From Lama glama (Eukaryota): a stretch of 64,000 nucleotides of DNA. A program made the translations under genes and the position numbers. The DNA is taken from contig CM052816.1 in the NCBI GenBank assembly GCA_028534125.1, positions 25,608,001 through 25,672,000 of the forward strand, in the 5' to 3' direction. This document shows positions 26,776-39,100 of the stretch, in pieces (positions within the stretch are counted from its first letter, which is position 1; each line of letters begins with the position of its first letter). Below the pieces are notes generated by a model. It saw only the letters and a list, made by a program, of their open reading frames with translations, ran no database searches and had not been told where the DNA came from.

Positions 26776-27042
26776 CTGGTACTTGTTTTGTACAGTGAAA
26801 TTTCTCACTTTAGGAAATTTGTAACAAATTAGCCAAACGAGAATCCCCAGTTTATTTAGGGGACACCTTATGATTTTTTTTTATTGTTTAAACTTCTTTG
26901 GAAGCTACTGATTCACTGTTCACTTTCTTGGTTGATAACCTCTGTATCTGATTCTAAAGACTTAGTCAACATAAACTGGGAGAGTCATTTCAAGTAATCT
27001 CTGGCTTATCTGTTTGACTCTTTTCAGTAATATATCTCTTCT
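26776..27042 (-). pseudogene. Candidate decayed exon (267 nt, length divisible by 3) of the minus-strand gene
   Basis: Strong acceptor TTCTTTCTCTTTTCAG|AG at 27043-27044 and consensus donor CAG|GTAAGT at 26774-26775. Fragments read KRYITEKSQTDKPEIT* and LTKSLESDTEVINQESEQ*ISSFQRSLNNKK in different frames. Confidence 0.55.
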
Positions 27043-29544
27043 CTGAAAAGAGAAAGAATGTCAGATAGTGAATGATGGTTGTTCAGTAACTATCTCCTTT
27101 AGGTTTTCACTGGAAAAAAAAGCAAGACACCTGTGTGAGGTATGCAGTTGTACACACATTTTCCCTCTGGGAAACCGACCAGTTCCCTGTAAGAAGGTGA
27201 AGTAGAAGCAGTTCATTCTGGCTTGGATCTGAGGTGTCTGGACAAACTGCAGTGTTATCTGGTCTGACAAGGGAAAGCAAGGGATAGAGGGACACAGACT
27301 GTTACTGTTCCCAGCAGCTTTTCTCGAATGTTCTGAAAAATGAAGGCAAAGAACAGGGTCAAAGAGTAAGAGATCATATAAACACACCCACTTGATACTG
27401 GAGGCAAACAGAGGAAAAGCGCATGTCCAAAAGTCCACCAGAAGAAGGAGGTTCGGGTGGTACTGGAGTGTTCAAGAGAGCTCAGGAGGTGTCAGGGAGA
27501 AGACATTGCGGGCTGGGTCACAAAAAGTATGCTGGAAGAGGAGACGCTGTCAAAGATTCTTTGGGCTGTGATACTGCTGTTTTCCTCATTCATTTGAATA
27601 AATTGTGTATCTCTAGATCAGAGATTCTGCCCTAAGAACTGAGGTAAAGTGGAATGAAATGTAAAAAAATCCAACTGATCAGACTCCCACAGGGATTTTG
27701 CAAACCACCTGGCTTGATGAGGCTTAGGATAGCTTGTAAAGTTAGGCAACTTTTGACTCCCTGTCTAGTTCTGATTTGCCTGAGTCTCAGCAGATTCGAG
27801 GGAAAGGTCTTGAACTCAGCAATTCAGACATGTATTGATGGGGTATAAGTGAGGGCATTGGATCCCCAACTGCAGAAGAAACAATGGCATCCCTCAGGAG
27901 GGGGAAAAAGAAACATTATGATGAAAGAAGTTCTGCGTTGTGGACCAGATGCAAAAACAGTTCTAACAAACAGAGAAGTAGACCCAAGTGGAGCCTGAAA
28001 CTAAATTTGAATCCATCCTAACATAGCCCTCAGAGATCCCCTGGATATGCTGAGGAAAAGATGGCTCTATGTGGTTGTAGGATAAGAAAATGAGAAGAGG
28101 TAGCTATGAGGACTAAATAAAGACCCATAGATCCAAAAGGATACACAAATGTCAAGGAACTCAGGGTCAAGCACAGAGACCAGAGTGCCTAAAGTTGTGA
28201 AGGTTAAAACCTGGTAAGCACCACCATTCAGATTCCCTGAAAACAGCAATGGTGATGTGCTGGGACACTGCCGGAAGCACTACCAGGGTCAGTGTGATCT
28301 GCAGCGGAGCCTAGGAATGGCAGGGGGCTGGTAGTGGAATAAAGGTAGTGACATTCACACAGGGAGGAAGTTAAGATTCAGTCAGGTTGGAGCTGACTTG
28401 TTCCTACCTGGGAGCTAATGATGATCATTCATCTTCAAGGCTTTGTGTATGACCTGTAGATGAGAAAATCCTGTTGCATCAAGTAAAAACCCCATTATTC
28501 CCCTCTCTCAGAGTTTCCACGACATGGTCTTGTTTCACCCTTTTGTCTAGTGGCTAGTTAATCAAAAGAAGAATTCATCACTTACACTGACAAAAATGAA
28601 AACCATTTAAACAGTGTGTGAATTCTGACCATCATGAATTTTCTTCAGCTTTAAGAAGGTGTGTTCTATGTCAGATTCATGCTATTGCTATCTATTGCAT
28701 CTAATTCTTCAGAAGGCAGAGCAATAAAAATATGAACATGATATCAATGTATTACATTATGAGCTGACAAAAATACCCTAACTTCAATTTTTTTCCAGGG
28801 AAATAGAAAACCAAAAGTACACCAAAATTTCAGTACACAATTGATCTTTCTCTAAGAACAAGTTAAGGAGCATAGAAGATTTGATTTTAGTGTATGCAAA
28901 TAACCTGAATTAAATGTGCTTCAAACTACTGACCTGTCACATACTAAATGAGTATTCAGTATCTTTGATCTGTTCTCTTTCAGTGGCTGGTTATCATATG
29001 TGGACAATATGGCATTTAGGTTGGGTTATAGGCAATATAAACCAACTCCGACTTAAGCAAAAAGAGACTGTTAGATGAAAAGGTAAAAGTCCCAGAAGTG
29101 AAGATAAGCTCCTGGCCTTTGAAAGGACAGGATGCAGAGTAAGTTTTAGGGGTCTAGGGAGCATGACTCAATAGCCACTCTCTTTAGGAAGCCACTGTTG
29201 GGATAAATAACAACCTCACTAGCCAGACTTACACTAAAAAGAGTCACATTAGTGATACTTGGGTCAGGTGCCCGTTTGATTAACAGTTCCACTAACACCA
29301 CACATGATGAGGAAGTGACAGGTTTTCAAAGAAAGCATGTGTGCTATTAGAAAAATGGGAATGGACACTGAACAGGGAAAAGCAACATATGTCCAATAGA
29401 GCAACTTCCTGAAATGTACCTGTGTTGAATATTGATTAGGGAAAGGTGAGAGGTGAGAGTATAAGCACTGGCAGCAGAAAAATTTCAGGCTGCCTTTCGT
29501 TCCCATAAATGACCTCCAAGGAGATCCTCAATCTCTGAATACAT

Positions 29545-30178
29545 TGTAGTAAAACCCAGAAATAACGATGTTGTATAATGGCAAGGAATATCTGCCTAAG
29601 AGATGCATTTAAATATGGTGAAACTGAGACCCCCTAAAAATGAGTTCCCTTATCAACTTTGTGATTTATTTCTCTATCCAAAACTTTATTCCCTGTCTTG
29701 CCCCCTCTGATCTCAGTCTTGTGCTAACTGAACACTAATCAAACAGTCTGATGGCTAAAATTGCTGTTGTCAATAACACCATTAATGCACTAAAATTACT
29801 ATTATAGATATCATCATTAACATACCAACTCAGGTTGTTTATCCAGGGCAAGATAAGCTAACAGACCTTCAAGCCATGTACCACCTGGCCAGAGAACCAT
29901 AAACCAGAGGCATCCTAACTCCCAAAACTGGGATTAAGAAATGTCACAGAAATGTCATAAGAGAATGATTAATTCCAGCTTCTTTGTTCTTCCCCTTAAA
30001 AAACAAAACAAAACAAAACCTAACTCAAAACCAAGTGGGAGTGGATCTGAGGCTTGTCTCCCATTTCCTTACTTGGTGTTCTGCAATAAACACGGTACTT
30101 TCCTTGACCATTACAAGGTGTCGGTAGATTGGTGTTGCTGCATACTGGGTGAGCAGACCTAAGGTCTGGTCAGTAACA
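29545..30178 (+). mobile_element. ERV1-type solo LTR
   Basis: 3' end ctgcaataaacacgg...gggtgagcagacctaaggtctggtcagtaaca is typical of ERV1 LTR U5; 5' boundary uncertain. Confidence 0.6.
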
Positions 30179-30974
30179 TTGGTCATTTTTTGCCTCCTTT
30201 GCAGGCTTTAAATGCCCTTTCCTGGTTTTGTACTGCTGACCACCCCTTGATCACTTTTTGATTTTCCATTTGATCTTCATTATTTCTCCATCTCCCCACA
30301 GATCTACTCACCATCCCAGTGTCTCAACAATGCCAAACCTAAAGCAATGGTATCTGAGTTTTAGTCTTTCATAAAACAGCAATCTTTATCAATGTGAAAA
30401 TGACATTACACTCTAACTACCCTCTAATCCTTGGTACCCAGGCACTATAACCTCAGCTGTCGCCTCACAACTCCATGTTGGTCTGACTATAGAGCTTTTA
30501 GCAAAAGCGAATTCTTGTGATGCAATTAAGAAAAGTCTAGGTATAGACCAAGCAGCCTTTCAACTGTGGGCATTTTTAAGGCTGGTCTGATTTTGAAATG
30601 GCTCCCTTAAAGACCAAATGGGGGAATGCCAAGAACTCTGGGCAGTACTTCAAAAGTCAACAGCTGCTCTGCACTCCCAGTCAATCCCAATTTGCCACTT
30701 GGCTGCTTACTGATGAGCTTTTGTACCAGCGTTGGATAGCCCCATAGTGTATTTTCTAGTTCACACATTGGCTTGTCAAGCTTTGAGCAGATATCTGGTA
30801 CCCCAGAAGTTTGGCTTCCCTGCAAAATAGCTTGTTATAAGGGAAAGAGTATTTGATTGGAAGTCAAGAGTCCAATTTCAGGTTTGAACTGTTCCTAATT
30901 ACATGTATGGTGTTAGACAAGTAACTGAATGTATCTGGGCTTTAAGGATTTTTTTGCTTCGTATTGTTGTTATT

Positions 30975-32480
30975 GTTAACATTTTATTATGGGAATTTCA
31001 AACATACACGAAATCAGAAAGAATAATAATGAATCCCACATAACTATCACCTACTTTCAATAACTGTTAATTTTGATTTATCTACACTCTGCTGTACCCA
31101 CTAGATTATTGTAAAACAAATACCAAACTCTTCATATTATATCCTTAACTATTTCAGAGTATATCTCTGAAAGACTAGAACTATTTTGTTTTTTAAAATC
31201 ACACCAACATTGTAACCAGGCAGGACCCTTGGGGCTTTCCTGGGACAGACCCCGCCCCCCATGTCCTCTGCTGTAGCTCCTCTCTGAAGTACCCAGATAA
31301 CAGTATCTGATGCACTTTCCTGAGCTGTTTTATGGAGGCTAAAACCCCCACCAAATGGAAGGCATTAACTTGACCTACTTGAAGCCTACTTGAAGACCAT
31401 GAGCATGTAGTCCCTGTGACACCTCCCTGTTACTTCACCATCAGCCAATCAGAGAGTTGTGCACAAGCTGATCACACACCCTGGGATGCCCCTCCCACAC
31501 CTTGCCTTTAAAAATGCTTTGCTGAAACCCATCAGGGAATTTGGGGTTTTTGAGCATTAACTGTCCCAGACTCTTTGTACATACGGTGCCTATAATAAAT
31601 GCTGTGATTTTCTTCACCACAGCCCTGTATCAGTATATTGGCTTTACTGTGTGCAGGTGAGAGGATCCAAGTTTGGTTCAGTAAGAATTTTAGATACTAA
31701 AAACAATCATAATTTAGCAATATTTTAAAATATCCAGTCAGTGTTCAAATTGTCCTGATTGTCAAATGTTTTAAATGCCTTTTTAAAGGATCCAAATGAG
31801 GTTTACAAAATTTAATTGTAGAAATATTTCTTAAGTCTATTTTAAACTATAGATTCTCTCTCTCTCTCTTTCAACTTATTTAGAGGGGGAAAAAACGAAA
31901 TCATTTGTCCTGTAGAGTTTCTCAGTATGAACTTTGCTAATTCCATCCTTGTAGTCATAATATTTAATATAGTCTTCTGTCCCGTGTATTTCCTGTAGTT
32001 AGATCTAGATGCTTGGTCATTTCAGGTACTAATTTTTAGTAACAGTGCTTATTAGGTTGTATTGTTTACTTCCATTATGAAGCATATTATGTTGAGTTAT
32101 TCATCCTTTTGAATTGCTAGCAGCCATTGATAATCATTGTCTAAATCCATTATTTCATAAGGTATTGTGGAATGGGATATATTTCTAGAATAGCTTCTAC
32201 ATTTATAGCTGCAGTACTTCTATCAACAGTAGCTTCCTCTTGCAGGCTATTTTGATATCCTGCAGAATACATATATAGGAAAGGCAGTATAAATATTGGA
32301 ACATTTCTCTGTATTCACAACTTTTAAAAAATAATTATTTCCTTGGCATCTTCCAAAGGAGAGCAATAGGATTTTGTTTTGTTTTGTTTTGTTTTAAGAT
32401 CACTATATACACTTCTAGGTTTGATATGCTTTAATCCATCCTAGTTATTATTCTTATTTACGCTAATGGGAACCTCTTCA
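30975..32480 (-). mobile_element. Old L1M (L1MC/ME-type) 3' region, interrupted by an LTR
   Basis: attttattatgggaatttcaaacatacacgaaatcagaaagaataataatgaatccca...; resumes after 31686 with atccagtcagtgttcaaattgtcctgattgtc. Confidence 0.7.
31211..31686 (+). mobile_element. ERV1 solo LTR
   Basis: Starts tgtaaccaggcaggacccttgggg; contains CCAAT (agccaatcag), TATA-like ctttaaaa and aataaa; ends ggatccaagtttggttcagtaaga. Confidence 0.8.
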
Positions 32481-32489
32481 ATTAATCTA

Positions 32490-33200
32490 ATAAGGCAAGA
32501 ATACACAAAACACATTCACAGAAAACATGATAAGCGATGTAGAAAATCCAAAAGAAATGACAGAAAATACTCCTGGAACTAATAAGCAATTGTAGCAAGA
32601 CTGTAGGATACAAGTTTAATATACAAAAGTCAATCCCTTTCCTGGCAGTAGTGAAAAAGTATAATTTGACATTTAAAATGCCATACTGTTTACATTAGCA
32701 CTCCCAAAAATGTACTTGAGATAAATCTAACAAAATCTGTACAAGATATATATGAGAAAAACTATAAAACTGAACAAAAATCAAAGAAGGACTAGGTGGA
32801 GAGATATTCCATGTTTGTGGATATGAACGCAATATTGTCAAGATGTCAGTTTTTCCCAATTTGATCTATAGATTCAATGCAATCTTAATCAAAATCCCAG
32901 CAATTTATTTTATGGATATCAAGAAACTGATTCTAAAGTTTTATGGAGAGACGAAAGACCTGGAATATTCAATACAATATTGGAGGAGAGCAAACTTGAA
33001 GGACTGACAGTACCTAACATCAAGACTTATAATTTAAAACTAATGCTCTGCAAAAGACAATGTCAAAAGAATGAGAAGACAAGCTACAGACTGGGAAATA
33101 ATATTCGCAAAATACTTACCAGATAAAGGATTCGTCCAAAATATACAAAGAACTTTTGAAACTCAACAATAAGAAAACAGTCTGATTTAAAAATCGGCTT
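32490..33200 (+). mobile_element. L1M ORF2 fragment (degenerate)
   Basis: gtagaaaatccaaaagaa...ctcctggaactaataagc...gatattccatgtttgtggat...caatattgtcaagatgtcag...gaagacaagctacagactgggaaataatattcgcaa. Confidence 0.85.
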
Positions 33201-33202
33201 TA

Positions 33203-33365
33203 GGGGGAGGGTATAGCTCAGTGGTACAGCATGTGCTTTAGCATGCACAAGGCTCTGGGTTCAATCCACAGTACCTCCATTTAAATAAATAAATAAATGA
33301 ACCTAATTGCCTCCTCCCCCCCAAAAAACAAGCAAAAAAAATTTTTTTAAAAGTTAAGTCTTTTT
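33203..33365 (+). mobile_element. Camelid tRNA-Ala-derived SINE (Vic-1 type)
   Basis: gggggagggtatagctcagtggtacagcatgtgctttagcatgcacaaggctctgggttcaatccacagtacctcca (Pol III A/B boxes), aaataaataa linker, acctaattgcctcc, A-rich tail; flanked by near-TSD taaaaatcggcttta / taaaaattgtcttta. Confidence 0.9.
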
Positions 33366-35149
33366 TAAAAATTGTCTTTAGAAGATGTAGAGGAGGAAGG
33401 GAAGGAAGAAGAAGAGGAAGAGGAAGAAGAGAAGACATAACTGGCAAGAAAGCAATGCAAAAAACAGCCCCTGTCTCTGCAGTGCTGAAGTTGGATGTGG
33501 ATCCAGACAGAAATCCCTGAGACTTTCTTTAGCATGCTCTCTCTTTTTTTTTTTTTTTCAGTAAAAAAGCCAATAATATAAAAACTTTAAAGTTATCAAG
33601 AAGTCAGATTGTGATGATGACCTTGTTCAAATCAAGCCTGAATAGGTAAAAAGAAAAACAGATTTTTGTGACTTTAAAAATACTCCTAAGGTATTCAGGA
33701 AAATGTCCTTATGTGTAACATCTCCATTCTGAGTGATTCTGGATAAATGATGTGTGGCTGTAACTTCCTCCTTGGTTAAATTACAAGCTATTATCCATTA
33801 CAACATGATTGAATATATGCCACTTCAAACCAAGCCCAAGATAAATGACCTATATTTCAAGTTAAGCTTTTTACATTTGAACAGAAGACAACAACCTTGG
33901 ACTATGACTAAATCCCAGAGCAGAAAGCCTGATATTTCATATATTCTAAATATCATTGAGTCAAAGACAATGAAATTTGTTATATACTATGATATTTGAG
34001 AATGTATGTGAGCTTTTACAATGTACTCCATGGTTCAGTACTATTAAGCACTGATACATCCTGCTGATGCATCGCATCATCAACCTGCCAGGAAGCCTTT
34101 GGAGAGCCATTTGTCCCTGGATCCAAATCAAATATGTATCCTGACTGTTAAAAAATATTTTGTTAGACTCAATGACCGAGCTATCTTTGACAGGACTGCC
34201 AAATGAATTATGACAATGGTTGACCGCTTTGGGCCCTGGGGCCATATTGCCAAAAGGAAAAAGAGAAAAATCTGTTCTTTCTAGTCTGATCTTCTGCAGA
34301 ACAAATGCATCACTCTTTCTGTTCTAAATTTCAGTTGAATTAGAAGGTTTTTGCACTCTTTTCTGTTGGAACTTAACAGGGTCTGGAAGTCATATATCTT
34401 GAGTATTATTTGAAGTGGCATAAACTCATAATCAGTGCACAACATTAGTTCTGAATCACAACAAAGTTGAGGCTAAATGGAAAGAGGTGTGTAGGAGCCT
34501 GACTTACCTGCGTTCAAATTTCAGCTTTCCCACTCATGAGGCTCCTAGTTTTAAAGTGGGAGAATAACAGCCATTTTTGGGGACTGCTGTAAAGGTCAAT
34601 GGTGAATGTTAAGTGCCTGCCATATTGTAGGCATTCATTTAAAAGATAGCGTTTATTATTATTATCTAACAACAACAGGCTTCTTCTAAAATTGCTAACT
34701 TAAAGGCTAATGAGGATAAACATATGAAAACAATTATGTATAAGGCAATGGGGAGCAGTCAACTGGGAAATGCAGAACCTGCCTAAAGGCCTTCATAAAC
34801 AAACATTATCGCAAATAACAGTGTCAACAATAATAAATTCACGGTGCCACCCAAACCTACCCTGTCTGCCCATTGGTCTCTAAACATTCAAATTGTTTCT
34901 AATAATGTATTTAGGAAGAATCATCAGAAAGTATTTTGCCTTTGGGCAAGTTTATAGCTCAGATATGCAAAAGCAGCTTTTACTTTTTTTAAAAAGACAA
35001 ATAGTTTCTAAATTCATTGTAAGTTCCACCTCACTCCTTTGATCAACACATTAGTAATTCTACACATCCCAGCTTTGTTTTACTGCTCCCCCGCTGATTC
35101 AGAAAACACAAAACCTTGGATTTTTTGGTCTGTTTTGTACTTTTGGGGG

Positions 35150-35445
35150 GGTATTGAAGTACTATAATATTTAAAATGTGTCAGTTTCTGGTGTACAGCA
35201 TAATAGTTAAGTCATACGTGTACATCCATATATTCCTTTTCATATTATTTTTCATCATAGGTTACTATAAGATATTGAATATAGTTTCCTGTGCTGCACA
35301 GAGTAACTTGTTGTTTATCTGTTTTATATATAGTAGCTAGTATCTGCAAATTTCAAACTCCCAATTTATCTCTCCCCACCCTCTTCCTCCTCTGGTAACC
35401 ATAAGTTTGTTCTCTCTGTCTATGAGTCTGTCTGTTTTGTGAAAA
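35150..35445 (-). mobile_element. L1 3' UTR end fragment (lineage-type)
   Basis: gtcagtttctggtgtacagcat...ggttactataagatattgaatatagtttcctgtgctg...tggtaaccataagtttgttctctctgtctatgagtctg. Confidence 0.85.
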
Positions 35446-36920
35446 AGCACATTCACTTTCTCTGTCTGACTACCTGAACTCCCTAAGTCAACAGCAACGA
35501 GCAGAAAGGAGATGCAGGCTGTGTTTCATTTCCCTCAGGCTTACACCACGTTGTTATAATTTTCTTAAAGTCCAAGGTCTGAGGAATTATGTAAATGGCA
35601 GTAACTTATCTAAGACAAAGACTTAACTTTCAGCTTTATTGCATTTCTTTGTATTTTATTATTTCTCTACATTGTATTTGAGGAAAGTTTTGGAAAGTAC
35701 AAAGATCTTACCTCATGGTGTGGGGGTGGAGAACTGTTTAAAACAATTACTTGGTTTTATTTTTTTCCCCCCAAAAATTGTTCTCCTCCTGTAACTATTT
35801 GGGAGTTCACTTTCTCACAAAAGATGGGCTTTCTGAAAAATTTCCATTGGCAGTAACCCAATGTCATATTACTTTAAATTAAACCCTCAAGTGTTTCACT
35901 TTCTCTTCCTTAGCACCACAAACAATTTCTTCCTCTTAGTGTTAGACTCAGTTTAACTCAGCAAGCTTCCAGAAGCAGTCCACAAGGCCCCAGAGGGCAG
36001 AAATTCAAACTTACACCTTGAAAGATGCTGCTAGGATTTGTGGTTTTATATGTTCAACACAGTCGCCAGTGCATCGCCCATGTTTAGTTGTGGGGGTGCA
36101 CTGGGGGCCAGAGTGTCTGTGGAGAGAGAAGGGGTTGAGAGTGCATCTTGAAGATTCCTAGGGGGTCAGAGAGGTACTATTTATGGAAGTTTTGTATGGC
36201 TGGAAAGGAATTTTAGGCAGTTGTGTAAAATTATTATTCAAAAATTTATCTAAGGATAAAACCCAGATCAGATCAAATGGTCTAAAGAAATGATTCATAA
36301 TTCAAGATTCTAATATTGACTCTTTAAGTCGAAAACATTTGCACTTGCCCAGAATTTATTTCACCCTCCAAATATATTTATAACAATTTTATGATCTGTC
36401 ATATGTATACAAGTCTACCAGCCAGAATTATTTTAATTCTATTTAATTTTTTCAGACAATATTTCTCCAAAGCACTGAAGATTACTTGGGGGTAAACCCA
36501 CAGTTGGAGAGAAACAGCAAAGGCTTAACATCTTTCCTCACCCAGGTCCCCTTCCACCCCCACCCCATCCCAACTCAAACACTCAGGTTTAACTGAGACA
36601 AAAAATACAGATCTGAAGAACAAAAGCTGAAGTTTAACCAAAGTGTGAAATCTCATGGGACAGGGACAGAATAAGGCAGAATAAGGTGGGCTCCACAAAT
36701 GAAAGTCTGAGTTTGCTCCTTGGATTTGCTTGGCTGAAAATTGCTTTCTCTTGCCTGGAAGAGAGTAGATCAGATATGACTCTTTTTTCTTTTTCTTCTT
36801 TTTTTCCCTATGGAGTGACTCTTAAGAGTGGCTTTCAAGCATTTTGTTAGGAGTCTCTCAATCGTTCACTGTGTATTCCTTTAGACTTTGCCTTTCTTTT
36901 GAATTCTGTAGTTCAGTTAC

Positions 36921-36979
36921 CTTTTGGTTGATTTGTGTTGCTGATGATTTGAAGACGGTTCTGGTTCCCTTTGATTCAG
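36921..36979 (-). pseudogene. Candidate 59-nt exon of the minus-strand gene
   Basis: Acceptor TCTTTTTAAATAG| at 36980-36981 and donor AAG|GTAACT at 36919-36920; open in two frames (LNQREPEPSSNHQQHKSTK or ESKGTRTVFKSSATQINQK). Confidence 0.4.
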
Positions 36980-37389
36980 CTATTTAAAAAGATTTACAGG
37001 TGGGTCTCTTTAGTCATGCCCTGAAAAGGTGATAAAAATTTTTGTAAGCTATTTAGAGACGCCCCAATTTAACATAATTCTACTCTCATTTCTCTTCACC
37101 TTATCCAGATATCCATTAAGCTGTTTTATATAGGCAAAATATGAAAGGACAAGGCTACTGTGGTATTTCTTAACCTGTTATCCAGACCACAATATTTTAA
37201 CAGGAATGAAGAGCCAAATGCAAATTTCCATTCTCTTTGTATAACATTTATGCAATAAAGAATAAATTGAGGACATGATTTTTCATTTCTGAAGTACTAG
37301 GGCTAGTAATGCATGAGCTGCAGAGAAGCAAGCACTAATCTATCTCGCTGCTAAGAAATGAAATGTCAGCTAGAGGAGCTTGTTCTTAC

Positions 37390-37589
37390 TGGCACTCTTT
37401 CACAGAGTTCTCCATCAAAAGCAAAGGAAAAAGCCAGTCTTTTTCCAATTGCATTATATCACAGTACGTCTACCCTTTTTTCATGTGTCCTGATTTAGTT
37501 CCTTCATATGGAGTATATAGAAGCTTTCTTTTTTTCAAGGCTACCTCATTTGACTTCATTTTCACAATGAAATAAGTGATTTTTTTTTT
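37390..37589 (-). pseudogene. Candidate first coding exon of the minus-strand gene
   Basis: Acceptor CCTACTTTTCTTTAG| at 37590-37591 and donor GCCA|GTAAGA at 37388-37389. ATG at 37559 (A at -3) opens MKSNEVALKKRKLLYTPYEGTKSGHMKKG*, with the stop right after an A6 run. Confidence 0.5.
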
Positions 37590-38365
37590 CTAAAGAAAAG
37601 TAGGATGGAAGCAAAGGAAATACTTCCTTAAAAGAACATTTGTTTCTCAATAGTGGTTGTATTTCTGGGCTGGCATTTTACCTGCTATGGGTTTTGGGTG
37701 GTGTCACAAGGGGTGTGTGTGTGTGTGTGTGTACCTGATCAGTTCTCTTCACTCGTGTTATTGGATGAATTACTTCTCTGGTGAATTGAGATCACAAATT
37801 TTTAGGTGAATTTAGATCACAAGTAATATTAATGATAATAAAGCACTTTCATATAGTAGGTGGCTGAAAAGCCTGAGCGCTTACTATTTGTTTAGTTTTT
37901 AAAGGTGGGGCAATTATTTTTAAACATATTTCTTTGCAAAACAGTAGGTAATACCATTGATTTTTCTAGTAGAAGTGCATTTTTAAAATAATGTGTTTAT
38001 TTACAAAACACTGAACGTAAAGAACAGACTCACTTTTTACAAACTGGTTTTAAAAAACATTTATTCAAAATAATTTAGACTTCAAGGAAAAGATTACAGA
38101 AACCCACACTACCATCTATGCTTTATGAACTGGAAGTATCTATGGACATTTTGTTGATTTTCCACAAGTGTGTCTTCCTGTAATGAAACATATGGTTACA
38201 TCTAAGTAAAGTAACACCTCCTTTATTGGACTCCCTCAGGGATTCTCTATTTGAAACAGTGAGATTTTTCCAGGTAACTGAGGCTTTTCTCTACAAAGAT
38301 TTCTCAGATATTTCCTTAGAAGTGTACCACATAGGTCCATCTTTTTTTTCAAAGTGCAGTGTTGT

Positions 38366-38502
38366 GGGGAGGGTGTAACGAAGTGGTATAGTGTGTTCTT
38401 AGCATACACGAGGTCCTGGGTTCAATCCTCAGTACCTCCACTAAAATAAATAAAACCTAATTACCTCCCCTCAAAAAAAGACAAAACAAAAAAATTTAAA
38501 AA
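38366..38502 (+). mobile_element. Camelid tRNA-Ala-derived SINE (Vic-1 type)
   Basis: ggggagggtgtaacgaagtggtatagtgtgttcttagcatacacgaggtcctgggttcaatcctcagtacctcca...acctaattacctcccc plus A-rich tail. Confidence 0.85.
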
Positions 38503-38699
38503 GCAGTATGAAACATAGTTTAATCTTTTAAACATAGCTTAATCCCTCCTTTGTAAATGTGGGCTAATGATAATACTTAATTTGCAAGAGTGTTTTAAAT
38601 GTTTTTTACTAGGCTGTGTCTCTGCCGCAGATGAGTCAGGTGCAGCTCATAAAGTTATTTGTAAGTTCCTCACGATGCACAGGTGCCTCCTCTACAAAA

Positions 38700-39100
38700 T
38701 CTGAGGGGGTGGGGCTGGTGAGGAGGAGCTCTGTCCTAGCCAATCACGCCCTGTTCTGTTTTACTTCCGGTAAACTTACCTCTGGGAGCGGCATCCGGCT
38801 CCCCGTGCCTCCCGCCCTTCCGCGGGAGTTGTGTTACTGTTCAGGGGCTGAAAACCGGAGCTGAATTTCTTAGCCTCCCAGGTAGCGGGTACTGATGAAC
38901 ACTGGAGCCTTACCTGTGAGTAAACAGCTTAATAGTTCCAAGAATAGTGGTGTACCATCAGGGAGCCTGTGCTGGTTGCGAGCCTGTCTTGGCTCTTCCT
39001 TCCCGCTTCTTAATTGCGCTGCCCTGAGCTGGGACAGCTGGATACGCGCCCCTCACGTTCAGAATACCTTGCACTTACCTTTGATTGGCTATTGCTTCTG
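38700..39100 (-). promoter_or_regulatory. Small CpG-enriched promoter-like element with minus-strand first-exon donors
   Basis: CCAAT boxes at 38738-38746 and 39083-39088, ETS ACTTCCGGT at 38763-38771, GC box CCCGCCC at 38811-38817, two TCCCGC cores (38810-38815; 38822-38827 reverse). Donors GAG|GTAAGT (38778-38779), CAG|GTAAGG (38912-38913) and AAG|GTAAGT (39077-39078). Confidence 0.6.

Noticed and set aside
33203..33280. Functional tRNA-Ala genes (also at 38366 and 55728)
   Set aside because: Stems are disrupted and the heads are followed by SINE-specific linker, A-rich tail and TSD.
37780..37822. Short direct repeat ggtgaatt(g/t)agatcacaa (similar small duplications at ~31375 and ~38511)
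   Set aside because: Two-copy slippage duplications, common and not array-like; nothing CRISPR-like in this eukaryotic window.
284..39100. Assigning the decayed gene to a known bystander gene such as OFCC1
   Set aside because: Only a vague local resemblance; the candidate exons do not match the protein as I recall it, so no symbol is given.
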